Assembly: GCA_945949475.1 (NCBI GenBank)
Contig: CAMFET010000001.1
Location: forward strand, 1 to 41,570
Origin: an uncultured Phascolarctobacterium sp.
GTDB taxonomy: Bacteria; Bacillota; Negativicutes; Acidaminococcales; Acidaminococcaceae
DNA length: 41,570 nucleotides
Direction: 5' to 3'
Part shown: piece after piece, positions 7,328 through 16,475 of the stretch
Layout: each line of letters starts with the position of its first letter
How positions within the stretch are numbered: position 1 is the first letter of the stretch
Program-made: the position numbers and the translations under genes
The notes under the pieces: model-generated
Seen by the model: the letters and a program-made list of their open reading frames with translations, nothing else
Told to the model about the DNA's origin: nothing
Database searches by the model: none

Positions 7328-7885
7328 TCATTTGCTGGCCGTCACCGGCTTGATATCGCCGTTATCAAAGGCCTCAAAATCATTATAGGTTAGCTTGGCT
7401 ATCAGCCTAACTTCTTCCTGCTCATTCGACGACATCTTTATGGTGTTAGCTTTTTTATTTTGACGGGTAAACTCAAACCAGCAATATTGCTGGTACTTTT
7501 GGATTTTATCCAAAACGTCATCGGTCACCAAAAAATCAGCAAATGTTTTGTTGCGGGCAACCTTGGTTGCGTAATAGGATTGCTGCACGATTTTTTGCAC
7601 CGGATATCTTACGCTATCGACAATAACATAAGCTGTATCCAGCAGGGGAGCTTTGGCTGCTCCTATGCCCTGATACATGATATGCAGTATCATCGTGTTG
7701 GTGCCGTCAGGTCTTGCTGTCTTGACTATATCAAGAGCTGAGGTCTGGCTAAAATATACGGTCTTTTTAGATGTTTGATAGACGGCTACGTTTTGAGAGC
7801 CGTCTATCGCGCCATGTATGCTGGCGTAAGCAGCAGGCTGCAGCGTCAGAACCAATGCTGCAACCAAGAAAAATTTTTTGAACAT
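7328..7885 (-). CDS. Exported protein of the lysogeny module (possible superinfection exclusion)
   Basis: Signal peptide MFKKFFLVAALVLTLQPAAYA; co-oriented between cI and int. Confidence 0.7.
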   Translation of the reverse strand: MFKKFFLVAALVLTLQPAAYASIHGAIDGSQNVAVYQTSKKTVYFSQTSALDIVKTARPDGTNTMILHIMYQGIGAAKAPLLDTAYVIVDSVRYPVQKIVQQSYYATKVARNKTFADFLVTDDVLDKIQKYQQYCWFEFTRQNKKANTIKMSSNEQEEVRLIAKLTYNDFEAFDNGDIKPVTASK

Positions 7886-7897
7886 GTCACCACTCCT

Positions 7898-8602
7898 TTA
7901 AAGGTTAACTATATATGTTACCACTTTGCCAATAATATTGACGTTTTCGTCCTCGTTAAACGTGATGTCGAAAAAATCAGGATTAGTGGATTCCGGCCGG
8001 AAAACCAACCTATGATTGATGCGTTGGAAGCGCTTAACACTGTATCCCTCGAATTGGTCCTTGAAAACAACAATGTCTTTGCTTTTTAGATCCTGTATGT
8101 CGATGTTAGTGTTTACGGCGATAAAAGCACCGTCAGGTATAACTTTATTCATACTCTCACCGTTAACTCGCATGATAATGATATGGCTATTCCCGGCATT
8201 TTTACCCATGACCATGTTGGGGATGACTAACTTTTTTAAATTGCTTATGCCCTCGATGGTGGTCGGTATACCTGCTGCACACGGCTGCTCTACATACGGA
8301 TAGCTAAACGCTCCGGCGGTATCACAAACAGCAAGATACTGAGACATATCAGCCGAGCTAAAAACATTGGGGTTGTCCTCCGATGTATCCGGGATCATAC
8401 CCATTAGCCACAGCTCGCTTACATCTAAGGCTTTGGCCATCAGGTACACTTTGTCTTGCTTTGGCTTTACTTTGCCTGATAAATATTGGCTTATCGCAGA
8501 TTTAGGTATGCCCGTTTTCTCCGATAATTCAACTTGTTTGATTCCTGCTCTTCCAAGAGCTATTCTTAATCTGGTAGCTGTCAATGGTAATTGGCCCATC
8601 AT
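7898..8602 (-). CDS. cI: CI-like repressor (HTH plus S24 autopeptidase)
   Basis: N-terminal XRE HTH, A-G cleavage site (CAAG), catalytic GESM and VKR motifs. Confidence 0.93.
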   Translation of the reverse strand: MMGQLPLTATRLRIALGRAGIKQVELSEKTGIPKSAISQYLSGKVKPKQDKVYLMAKALDVSELWLMGMIPDTSEDNPNVFSSADMSQYLAVCDTAGAFSYPYVEQPCAAGIPTTIEGISNLKKLVIPNMVMGKNAGNSHIIIMRVNGESMNKVIPDGAFIAVNTNIDIQDLKSKDIVVFKDQFEGYSVKRFQRINHRLVFRPESTNPDFFDITFNEDENVNIIGKVVTYIVNL

Positions 8603-8654
8603 CTACACTCCTTATAATTCACTTCATTATTATAATAGCGTAAAATGTATTAAA

Positions 8655-8757
8655 ATTCAAGAATGTGAATGAAAAAATTCATGTTTTTGAATTTTTCTTC
8701 TTGACAACTCATGATGCCGGTGTTATACTTACTGATGTAAGGTTCAAAAAGTTGAAC
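8655..8757. promoter_or_regulatory. Genetic switch: lytic promoter and TTCA-N6-TGAA operators
   Basis: TTGACA 8701-8706, 17 bp, TATACT 8724-8729 with extended TG; operators at 8656-8669, 8678-8691 and 8742-8757. Confidence 0.85.
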
Positions 8758-8778
8758 GAAAGAGAGGAGGATATTGAA

Positions 8779-9021
8779 ATGGTAGAATTTGATTATTCGG
8801 CATTACGCGGTAAAATCGTTGAGAAATTCGGTTCTCAAAGAGAGTTTGCTGCAGCTCTGGGGCTTTCTGAGCGCTCTCTGTCGTTAAAATTAAACAACAG
8901 GGTATATTTCACTCAGGACGAAATGAGTAAGGCAGCGGTTTTACTTGATGTCAAATTGGGAAAATTAAAGGAGCTTTTTTTTACCCCAAAAGTTCAAAAA
9001 ATTGAACATAGCGGAGCATAG
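8779..9021 (+). CDS. cro: Cro-like HTH protein (DUF739 family)
   Basis: FDYSALRGKIVEKFGSQREFAAALGLSERSLSLKLNN; divergent from cI; ATG 8779 after GAGGAGG. Confidence 0.88.
   Translation: MVEFDYSALRGKIVEKFGSQREFAAALGLSERSLSLKLNNRVYFTQDEMSKAAVLLDVKLGKLKELFFTPKVQKIEHSGA
8992..9007. promoter_or_regulatory. Fourth operator copy inside the 3' end of cro
   Basis: GTTCAAAAAATTGAAC, a 15/16 match to the operator at 8742-8757. Confidence 0.75.
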
Positions 9022-9035
9022 AAAGGGTGAAAACG

Positions 9036-9185
9036 ATGAGAAAGTACGTAAGTACCAAGTGGCTCACCAAACGGATGGCGCATCAGGAACGCCAGCGCAC
9101 AGGTGAGACGCACAGCTGGGGGTTACCTGCTGGAGCATGTCCTATAAAACGCAAACTGCGTTACGTGGATGGATATCGTTATTAA
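9036..9185 (+). CDS. Small basic hypothetical protein (49 aa)
   Basis: ATG after AAGGGTGA; fills the gap after cro; below the ORF-track cut-off. Confidence 0.5.
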   Translation: MRKYVSTKWLTKRMAHQERQRTGETHSWGLPAGACPIKRKLRYVDGYRY

Positions 9186-9197
9186 GGTGGTGTTGAC

Positions 9198-9386
9198 ATG
9201 TTACCTAAATATTTATCCGCCGGCTGTGGAATAACAGTCGAGCGGCGCTATCACAATGTCAACCCCGTAATCGTCATCTCGCCTGCCGGTGAGCTGATTG
9301 GCTATCGCCTGCAGGGCGAGAAAGGATGTGAACAGATTGGGCGTAACCCTAAACCCGGACACACCGGAAGCAAGAAAAGCGCTTAA
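9198..9386 (+). CDS. Hypothetical protein
   Basis: RBS AAGGTGG; operon position. Confidence 0.5.
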   Translation: MLPKYLSAGCGITVERRYHNVNPVIVISPAGELIGYRLQGEKGCEQIGRNPKPGHTGSKKSA

Positions 9387-9570
9387 CCGGTTGGCTAGGG
9401 AAAAAATGAAATATCGGCTGCTGGCCGATATCAGCCTTGACCTCGTCATCTGCGAGCTAGAGGGCTGGAGCAAAACGGAATACTTAAACGAGCTGAAAGA
9501 TATGATTAACGAGTTAGGAGGCGAGAAAAATGGACCTGACATTAGCAGAAAGAACGTTTCTGGTAAATGA
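9337..9570 (+). CDS. Hypothetical phage protein
   Basis: Helical ORF (KYRLLADISLDLVICELEGW); start uncertain (TTG 9337 or GTG 9328). Confidence 0.6.
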   Translation: MGVTLNPDTPEARKALNRLAREKMKYRLLADISLDLVICELEGWSKTEYLNELKDMINELGGEKNGPDISRKNVSGK

Positions 9571-9805
9571 CATTGAATCAGCGGTGACTAATGAGTGTCT
9601 GGGTGATGACGAGGGCATCTATAAAAAATTTGAGGATATCGCCTATAAGATGATTGACCGCCGTCCGCCGCTGGATGCTGATGAGCGTAAGCTCCTGGCT
9701 AATTGGCTGACCGGGCTGTGCGACTGCCCCGAGTTTTTTAACCCGGAAACCACCGAGATGCGCCGTAAGTTGGCCGCAAAGCTGTGGCCGGGAAAGGGGG
9801 TATAA
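9530..9805 (+). CDS. Hypothetical protein
   Basis: RBS AGGAGG; operon position. Confidence 0.65.
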   Translation: MDLTLAERTFLVNDIESAVTNECLGDDEGIYKKFEDIAYKMIDRRPPLDADERKLLANWLTGLCDCPEFFNPETTEMRRKLAAKLWPGKGV

Positions 9806-9807
9806 AC

Positions 9808-10077
9808 ATGAAAAAGCTGTTGACAATCCTGTTACTGGCCTGCTGCGTATGGCAGGCATGGGAATACACCTATCCGCAACCTGTAGACCGCTATGTGGTC
9901 AAGGTTACCGCCGCTGATGGCGATACCCTCTGGCATCTCGTTGGAGACGTCATGGATAGAGAGGGAGACCGCCGCGATGTCCGCGAGGTCATCCACTACG
10001 CCAAAAAAATCAGCAACCTTAAGGGTGACCTGCAGGTTGGCGATGTTGTTCTCATCCCGATTGAGGTTAAAAAGTGA
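9808..10077 (+). CDS. Membrane-anchored LysM-like protein (YneA-like)
   Basis: N-terminal TM, then 'DGDTLWHL...LQVGDVVLIP'. Confidence 0.72.
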   Translation: MKKLLTILLLACCVWQAWEYTYPQPVDRYVVKVTAADGDTLWHLVGDVMDREGDRRDVREVIHYAKKISNLKGDLQVGDVVLIPIEVKK

Positions 10078-10082
10078 TGGAC

Positions 10083-10168
10083 AAAAAAAAGCCCGCCAGC
10101 ACTGCAATGCTGACGAGCTATAGGGTGGAAGTTGAACCCCTCCACCTCTGATTATAACACACGGAGGT
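10083..10168 (-). ncRNA. Candidate antisense RNA (~10145 to 10083) overlapping the leader of the 10175 gene
   Basis: Minus-strand TGTTATAAT (10159-10151), a GGTGGA/TCCACC hairpin, and a terminator hairpin (10091-10118) with a U8 tract. Confidence 0.55.
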
Positions 10169-10174
10169 AAACAA

Positions 10175-10522
10175 ATGGAAATTATTACTGCTGTAATTTA
10201 TCGCCCCGGTCAGCGTGGCGAGATTATCAAGATTGAGCCTACGCTGGAGAAGCTGCAGGAGCTTGTCGGTGGTTATGTGCAAGTAATCCGCATCGCTCCC
10301 GAAAGCCGCGAAGAAAACCCGCTCATGGTTATTGTTAACGAGGAGGGCAGACTGAAAGGCCTGCAGCGTAACCGCCCGTTAGCTATCAATGATTACTCGG
10401 TTGAGTATCTGGTTGGCCCTATCGTCATTACTGGTGAGTGGAAAGATGTTGAGGATGAAACCCACATCAAAGGCCTGACTTCGGCCGATCTGCATAAGGT
10501 TATTGAGATTTTCGGAGCTTAA
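10175..10522 (+). CDS. DUF3846-like protein
   Basis: TLEKLQELVGGYVQ..VNEEGRLKGL..NR..LVGPIVITG. Confidence 0.75.
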   Translation: MEIITAVIYRPGQRGEIIKIEPTLEKLQELVGGYVQVIRIAPESREENPLMVIVNEEGRLKGLQRNRPLAINDYSVEYLVGPIVITGEWKDVEDETHIKGLTSADLHKVIEIFGA

Positions 10523-10538
10523 AAAGAGGTGAGAAAAA

Positions 10539-12515
10539 ATGAAAATCAAAAGTCTGACGCTGGAAAACTTTAAAAATCAGAAAAAGCTGCATATCACTTT
10601 TGGCGACAAAGCCACCAATATTTACGGTGCTAACGGCGCTGGCAAAACTACCGTGCTGGATGCAGTCAGCTTCCTGTTGTGGGGCAAGGACCACAACGGC
10701 AAGACGGACACAAACATGCGCCCCTATGATGCCAACGGCGTTCCGCTGCACGACATTGACACCGTTGTCCGCGGCGAATTTGTTCCGGAGGATGACGACA
10801 ATCCCGCTGAAATCGGTATGTTTACGCTGGAGGTAGTCTACAAGGAAAAGTGGACTAAAATCAGCGGCACCGACGAGCGTAAACTCACCGGCAATACTAC
10901 GGAATACGCCATCGACGGCGTGCCGAAAAAGGCGAAGGACTATACATCCTTTATCGCTGATTGGTTCGCTGAGCCTTGGTTCAGCTTGACCAGCAATCCT
11001 AATGCGTTCCCCTCGCTGCCGTGGCAGGAGCAACGCAAGGTGCTGCTTGACTTGCTGGGCGATGTTACCACCGAGGATGTAATCAACGCTAACCCCGAGC
11101 TGCAGGATATTGCTCAGGACCTTATCAAATTTGGCGCTGATGACTTAAAAGCTAAGCTCTCCAAAGAGTTGCGCATGTACAAAGCTCAGGTTAAAGAGCT
11201 GCCTGCCCGCATCGACGAACGCAGAAAGCTCCTGAGCGGATTGGATGACGCCGAAACCCTCAAAAAAAGAGCCGAGCTGATGCTGGTTAAATATCAGGAG
11301 CCGCTTGACAAGCTCTTAGCTGAGCGCGCTGCTATCAGCAATGGCAGCAATCGCGCTGCCATTGAGGCTAAAATCAGTGAGATTGAGGCAAAGATGGAGG
11401 TTATCCGTGGTGTACGTCGTGAGGCTGTGGCCAAAGTCAAAGAGCCATTTGCTCTCAAAGCTAATGATATCAGCAATACATGCAAGGCAATGGCTGACCA
11501 GCTGCGCACCCTGCGCCCTCAGCTGCTGGAGCTTGACCGTGCCGTTAAGCTCAGACAAGACATGCTGCAGGACCTGACTGTTGAGTGGACCGAGGTTGAC
11601 GGCAGAGTGTTTGACGAGACGGAATGTCCCTGCTGCCATCGCCCATATACTCCGGATATGCTGGAGCCGATGCTGGAGCGTTTCAACGCCGAAAAGGCTG
11701 AGGAGCTGGAAAAACTTGACAATCAAGGCATGCATCTCAGCCAAGAGCTGGAAAAGCTGAAAGCCGAAAAGGACGCGTTGGCAATTAAGGTCAATGAGCT
11801 GTCCACGTTTGAGGTGGAGAAAGCTCCGTCACTCCGTCAGGACAACAACGAGGCCATGAACAAGGCGCTGAGCGAGATGCCGCCGCTGGAAGATTACATC
11901 CATCCGGAAACCCACGAGAAATTCTGGGAGCTGGCCGAAAGCCTGAAGCTCCGTCAGAAAGACCTCAGCGATATGCGCCTTGATACAAACATCCTGCTGC
12001 AGAAAAAGGATGCTGAAATCGTCAAAGCCCGCATCCCTGTTGAGCAGGCAAAAGAAGCGCTGATGAAGATTAAGCTCGATGCAGAAAACCTTGAAGCAAT
12101 CGCTCAGCTGGAGAGCGAGAAGAAGAACGCACTCCTGAAGCAAGGCGATGTTGAATACAAACTCTCGCTGGTGGATAAATATATCCAATATAAAATGAGT
12201 TTGGTAAGCGAAAAGGTTAACAGTACATTTAAAAACGTTCGCGTCAAACTCTTTGAAGTCAACATCTCTAACGAGGGTATCCGCGAGACCTGCGAGCTGA
12301 CCATGGACGGCGTGCCTTATCGCCAGCTGTCCAACGCCGAGAAATGCCACGCCGGCATGGAAGTTGTCCGTGCGATCAGTAACAAGCTTAATCTGCATAA
12401 CCCTGTTTTTATCGATAATCGCGAGGGCATCACCGATATCGGCGAGTGGGATGGCCAGGTTATCAGCCTGTTTGTAAGCCCCGAGGATAAGGCGCTGAGA
12501 ATCGAGCATGAGTGA
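10539..12515 (+). CDS. SMC/Rad50(SbcC)-like ATPase
   Basis: Walker A GANGAGKTT, long coiled coil, CPCC zinc hook, C-terminal LSNAE..PVFIDNREG. Confidence 0.9.
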   Translation: MKIKSLTLENFKNQKKLHITFGDKATNIYGANGAGKTTVLDAVSFLLWGKDHNGKTDTNMRPYDANGVPLHDIDTVVRGEFVPEDDDNPAEIGMFTLEVVYKEKWTKISGTDERKLTGNTTEYAIDGVPKKAKDYTSFIADWFAEPWFSLTSNPNAFPSLPWQEQRKVLLDLLGDVTTEDVINANPELQDIAQDLIKFGADDLKAKLSKELRMYKAQVKELPARIDERRKLLSGLDDAETLKKRAELMLVKYQEPLDKLLAERAAISNGSNRAAIEAKISEIEAKMEVIRGVRREAVAKVKEPFALKANDISNTCKAMADQLRTLRPQLLELDRAVKLRQDMLQDLTVEWTEVDGRVFDETECPCCHRPYTPDMLEPMLERFNAEKAEELEKLDNQGMHLSQELEKLKAEKDALAIKVNELSTFEVEKAPSLRQDNNEAMNKALSEMPPLEDYIHPETHEKFWELAESLKLRQKDLSDMRLDTNILLQKKDAEIVKARIPVEQAKEALMKIKLDAENLEAIAQLESEKKNALLKQGDVEYKLSLVDKYIQYKMSLVSEKVNSTFKNVRVKLFEVNISNEGIRETCELTMDGVPYRQLSNAEKCHAGMEVVRAISNKLNLHNPVFIDNREGITDIGEWDGQVISLFVSPEDKALRIEHE

Positions 12516-12600
12516 GCAATGGATTGTGTTCTGGGCGCTGACGGCTGCCGTAGCTGTTAGCTGGTCAGTTATTTACTACCTGTATGGTAGGCAAAGATAA
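12508..12600 (+). CDS. 30-aa single-TM peptide
   Basis: MSEQWIVFWALTAAVAVSWSVIYYLYGRQR; fills the gap between the ATPase and recombinase genes. Confidence 0.4.
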   Translation: MSEQWIVFWALTAAVAVSWSVIYYLYGRQR

Positions 12601-12612
12601 GGAGGATAAAAA

Positions 12613-13347
12613 ATGGCAGAAGAAAAACAATTGAGTAATTACGAGGTGAGCATGTATAACGCTCGTGGCCTCAACGCTATGATGGCGCTGGCCCAGAACC
12701 TCTCCGAGGCAACTATTATCCCGGAGACGTTCCAGGGCAAACCGGCAAACGTATTGATCGCGCTTAACATGGCGCAGCGCATGGGAGCAGACCCGTTGAT
12801 GGTGATGCAAAACATGTATATTGTCTACGGCAACCCGAGCTGGTCGACAAAATTTATGGTCGCTTGCTTTAACAGCTGTGGACGTTTTAGCTCTATCAAA
12901 TATGAGTTTACCGGTACGCCGGGCCATGATGACTACGGCTGCCGTGCATGGGCAACGGAATATGCTACAGGCGAGCGTGTGCAGGGTATCAATGTTACCT
13001 TGGCCATGGCAAAAGCCGAGGGCTGGATGAGCAAAAAGGGCAGCAAGTGGCAGACCATGCCGGATCTGATGCTGCAATATCGCGCAGCAACCTTTTTAAT
13101 CCGCACCGTCGCTCCTGAAATCAGCATGGGCCTTCAATCCACCGAGGAGCTGGAGGACAGTCACGAGGTTAAGCCTGCTCAAGGTTTTGTAGCTCAGGCT
13201 GCAGCTCTTAAGAGTGAGGCTACCGCCATTACCGAGCACGCTCAGACGATTGATGTACCGGCTCCTGCCGTTGAGGCTCAACCTGCCCAAGAGCCTGTAC
13301 AGCAAACACCGCAAGCCAAACGCGGTCCTGCATGGGCAGCTAAATGA
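12613..13347 (+). CDS. Single-strand annealing recombinase (RecT/Redbeta-like)
   Basis: IPETFQGKPANVLIA..DPLMVMQN..GNPSW..KWQTMPDLMLQYRA; lies between the ATPase and the nuclease. Confidence 0.78.
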   Translation: MAEEKQLSNYEVSMYNARGLNAMMALAQNLSEATIIPETFQGKPANVLIALNMAQRMGADPLMVMQNMYIVYGNPSWSTKFMVACFNSCGRFSSIKYEFTGTPGHDDYGCRAWATEYATGERVQGINVTLAMAKAEGWMSKKGSKWQTMPDLMLQYRAATFLIRTVAPEISMGLQSTEELEDSHEVKPAQGFVAQAAALKSEATAITEHAQTIDVPAPAVEAQPAQEPVQQTPQAKRGPAWAAK

Positions 13348-14075
13348 TAGAGGTTGAGGCAATCGCCTCCTCCAGCAACGGTAACTGCTACCGCTTAATC
13401 AGCGGCACGCACGAGCTGCTGCTGGAGGCAGGCCTCCCGCTCAAAGCCATCAAAGAGGCCGTCAAATTCCAGTTGGGCAGGCTGGACGGCTGCCTTTTAT
13501 CCCATGAGCACAGCGACCATAGCGCCAGCGTGGCGCAGCTGCTGCATGCAGGGGTAGATGTCTACATGACCACCGGCACAGCTAAGGCGCTGAGTGAGCA
13601 GGCAAAAGGAGCCTGCGTGATGCTCAAAGGCGATGATGATGCATACAGAGCTTTTAGCATTGGCAAACATTGGACCATAAAGCCGTTTGCGACATATCAC
13701 GATGCCAATGAGCCGGTAGGCTTTATCATCAGCGACAGAGATGATGTGCTGCTGTTTGCGACCGACACATATATGATGCCACCGTTTAGCGTCAAGGCTT
13801 TTGGCCAGATAATGATTGAGTGCAATTATCTGCCTGAGCGTGTGGATGAGCGCATTGCAAGCGGTGATATCAGTAGCAAGCAGGCAGCTCGTCTGCTGCA
13901 CAGTCACATGAGCTTAGGCATGTGCCTGGACTTCTTCCGGCGGAACGCTAAAGCTGTGAGCTATTGCCGTAAAATATTCCTGCTGCATGGCAGCAGGGCA
14001 AACGGAGATGCCAGAATTTTTAAAGAGGCTGTGCAGCGCGAAACAGGAAAGCCGGTGATTGTATGCACACCTTAA
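13344..14075 (+). CDS. Metallo-beta-lactamase-fold hydrolase (probable exonuclease)
   Basis: ASSSNGNCY, SHEHSDH, HDA, TDT, IECNY, SHMS and LLHGS motifs. Confidence 0.9.
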   Translation: MIEVEAIASSSNGNCYRLISGTHELLLEAGLPLKAIKEAVKFQLGRLDGCLLSHEHSDHSASVAQLLHAGVDVYMTTGTAKALSEQAKGACVMLKGDDDAYRAFSIGKHWTIKPFATYHDANEPVGFIISDRDDVLLFATDTYMMPPFSVKAFGQIMIECNYLPERVDERIASGDISSKQAARLLHSHMSLGMCLDFFRRNAKAVSYCRKIFLLHGSRANGDARIFKEAVQRETGKPVIVCTP

Positions 14076-14141
14076 GACGCAAACAATTAGTCAGATATGT
14101 TGCCGTGCCGGCAAGGCTCAGAGCCAGCAGGAGGAGGGAAT

Positions 14142-14789
14142 ATGACCGCAGACTATGAGGAGTTTTTAACTCCTGAAGAAATCGAGGAGCAGGACGATGC
14201 AGCTCCGGCTGCCGGAAATATAGATCCGACATTTAAAGACCAGCACTCGGAGGGTGCCCGCATCTTTTTCGATGGTGCTTTTGATTACACCGTTGCTAAT
14301 GGCCGCTATACGCCGCTTGCGCGCGCCATGTGGAAGCGCTTCAGCGAGCTGCATGACTGTAACCCCTCGACTATCCTGTTTGTGATAGCCGAGAAGGGCA
14401 AGGCGATGTATCGCGATAAGCCTAAATTTGTTGATGTTGCTGTGCTGGGCGGGCGCTGGCAGGAAATCCTTAAACAGGTTACCGGCTTAACATTTACGCA
14501 CGTTATCACCATTTATCAGGACAACGTCGATAAATATGAGCAAAGTTATGAGCAAATGCTTGTCCATCTGTATAATGCGCTGCGTCAAATCAAAAGCGAC
14601 GGTACCCTGCGTGGTTACGATATCCATGCTTTTACCGAGGTTTACGCCAACCTCAAAGCCGGATGGGATAAAGAGGGCTGCATCATCCCCAACCTGATTG
14701 ATACAGGCGATTGGATTGGTATGAGGCAGCTGCAGGGCAATCTGTTTGAGGACCGCAGCGGCGAGAATGCAGCCGCCAAGGATTTTTAA
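14142..14789 (+). CDS. Phage-metallopeptidase-like protein with degenerate metal ligands
   Basis: Pattern VITIY..QMLVHLYNALRQI..LRGYDIHAFTEV aligns by eye with 'L.HEL.HI...HD.EEF..V'. Confidence 0.45.
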   Translation: MTADYEEFLTPEEIEEQDDAAPAAGNIDPTFKDQHSEGARIFFDGAFDYTVANGRYTPLARAMWKRFSELHDCNPSTILFVIAEKGKAMYRDKPKFVDVAVLGGRWQEILKQVTGLTFTHVITIYQDNVDKYEQSYEQMLVHLYNALRQIKSDGTLRGYDIHAFTEVYANLKAGWDKEGCIIPNLIDTGDWIGMRQLQGNLFEDRSGENAAAKDF

Positions 14790-14800
14790 GGTAACGAGCC

Positions 14801-15601
14801 ATGGAATGTCATAGCTTTGGAGTGGAGCTGGCAACAAAATACGGAATAGCTGAAGCTCTACTCCTCAGCTATTTCCGGTATTATATCGAGTCAGCCGAAA
14901 AGAAACAGGACCCGGATAAATTCCACGATGGCAGGTATTGGACTTACGCCAGCACGAGAGAGTTGGCAAGAAGATTTCCGTACATCAATAGGATAAAACT
15001 TCTTAGAGCCATCCAACATCTGGTTGATGAAAAACTGATTATCAAAGGCAATTTCAATAAACTGGCTTGGGATAAAACGTCTTGGTATGCGTTTACTGAA
15101 AAAGGCCTCCAAGAGCTGGAGGTGGTTCAAAATGAACCGAGGGTGGTTCAAAATGAACCGAGGGTGGTTCAAAATGAACCGACAATACCTATTCTATCCA
15201 CCTATTCAGTCTACCTAGGTAGTAGTGGTAATAAGCAAACCGATAACGCCGAAGCGGTTAACGATAACCATTTTCCCGGAACGAAACATGACCAAGAAAC
15301 ATACAACGAGGCTGTAAGCGCTTATGAGAAGCATATCAAAACGCCATTAACAGCCAGCGTTGTTGAGGAAATATGTGCTATCGTCGATGATTTTGGTTTA
15401 GAAGCCACCATATACGGCTTTAGGACGGCGTCCAGAAATAACGTGCGCAAGCTTGGTTACGTCGAGACATGCGCAAGGAATTACGTTGCTGGTGGTGATA
15501 AGCCTAAAAGGCAGCGGGGAAAGCCTAAAAATGATGTCACTGCCACGGCAGAGGCGATGAGAAAAATCTTAGAACAAAGCGGAGATGATTTATTTGGGTA
15601 A
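14801..15601 (+). CDS. Replication initiator (N-terminal wHTH, C-terminal DnaD-like domain)
   Basis: HSFGVELATKYGI.EA.LL..HDGRYWTY..GNFNK..WDKTSWY; internal iteron-like repeats. Confidence 0.85.
   Translation: MECHSFGVELATKYGIAEALLLSYFRYYIESAEKKQDPDKFHDGRYWTYASTRELARRFPYINRIKLLRAIQHLVDEKLIIKGNFNKLAWDKTSWYAFTEKGLQELEVVQNEPRVVQNEPRVVQNEPTIPILSTYSVYLGSSGNKQTDNAEAVNDNHFPGTKHDQETYNEAVSAYEKHIKTPLTASVVEEICAIVDDFGLEATIYGFRTASRNNVRKLGYVETCARNYVAGGDKPKRQRGKPKNDVTATAEAMRKILEQSGDDLFG
15121..15182 (+). repeat. Three tandem 21-bp repeats GGTGGTTCAAAATGAACCGAG (candidate origin iterons)
   Basis: Copies at 15121, 15142 and 15163 (the third lacks only its last base); each contains the palindrome GGTTCA-AAA-TGAACC; encodes VVQNEPR. 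Confidence 0.88.
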
Positions 15602-16259
15602 CAGCGAAGCCGAAGCACGCATCAGAATTATAGCAACATTGTTTGGAGCTTATGGGCAGGCTGTTGACGGCCAACGCCCTAGTATTTACGTAAAAATGCT
15701 TAAAGATATACCCGTCAATGTTCTGGAGAGAGCGTGCCAAAAAATAATCTTAGAAAACAAATTTCTCCCCAGCATCGCAGAAGTTGTTGAAGCCAGCAGA
15801 AGCCTGGTCGGAACGGCAGATGATGACAGCCGCATCCGTGAATGGGACGAAGCGTGGGCGGAGATTGAGAGGGCGATGCAGGCGACTCCTTGGGGGCAGT
15901 ATCCCACGTTTAGCCGCCCGGAGATTGCTCAGGCTGTGGCCAGCTTTGGCTGGCACGACCTGCAGATGACGCTGGCTGAGGATATGCCTACTGTAAGGGC
16001 TCAGGTCCGCCGTATGTACGAGGACGTTTGCAAACGCACCAAGGAGCGCGGCAGCAACGAGTATATCCTGGGCAAAAGCAAAACCGGGCTGCTGCAGCCT
16101 GCCGCAAAGATTGAGCCTAGAGCCTTGAGGCAGGCAAACAATGGCGGCGGTTTGGAGAGCGTCGGCGCTCTTATGGGCACGATGGCAGCTCCTACCAGCG
16201 CAGCAGCCATCACCTTTGATGAGTGGCGCAAGCATCACGGCAAGGAGAAAGAAAGATGA
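15585..16259 (+). CDS. Replicative helicase loader/inhibitor-like protein
   Basis: Follows the initiator; 'Y.KML.DIP...L..A....I...KFLPSIAEV' and 'EAW.EI..A' patterns. Confidence 0.62.
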   Translation: MIYLGNSEAEARIRIIATLFGAYGQAVDGQRPSIYVKMLKDIPVNVLERACQKIILENKFLPSIAEVVEASRSLVGTADDDSRIREWDEAWAEIERAMQATPWGQYPTFSRPEIAQAVASFGWHDLQMTLAEDMPTVRAQVRRMYEDVCKRTKERGSNEYILGKSKTGLLQPAAKIEPRALRQANNGGGLESVGALMGTMAAPTSAAAITFDEWRKHHGKEKER

Positions 16260-16474
16260 GTAGCGGCTGCTGCAAAGACTGCCAAAAGCGTCATGTTGCA
16301 TGCCACGCTCACTGCGATACATACAAAAAATGGCGCGCTGAACTGGACAAGGTTAATGACATCATCCGGATGGAAAAAGTTAAAGATGGCTACATCATGG
16401 AGGCCAAATGCGCAAGCCTGATAAGACAGGCGATGTTTTATAAAGCTTTGGGCTGCAAAAAGCCCAGGTATTAA
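16256..16474 (+). CDS. Small Cys/His-rich protein
   Basis: CKDCQKRHVACHAHCDTYKKW; coupled ATGA start. Confidence 0.7.
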   Translation: MSSGCCKDCQKRHVACHAHCDTYKKWRAELDKVNDIIRMEKVKDGYIMEAKCASLIRQAMFYKALGCKKPRY

Positions 16475-16475
16475 T

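Noticed and set aside
15121-15182. Palindromic 21-bp repeats as a CRISPR mini-array
   Set aside because: The copies are contiguous with no spacers, lie in frame within the initiator gene, and no cas genes are present; they fit iterons.
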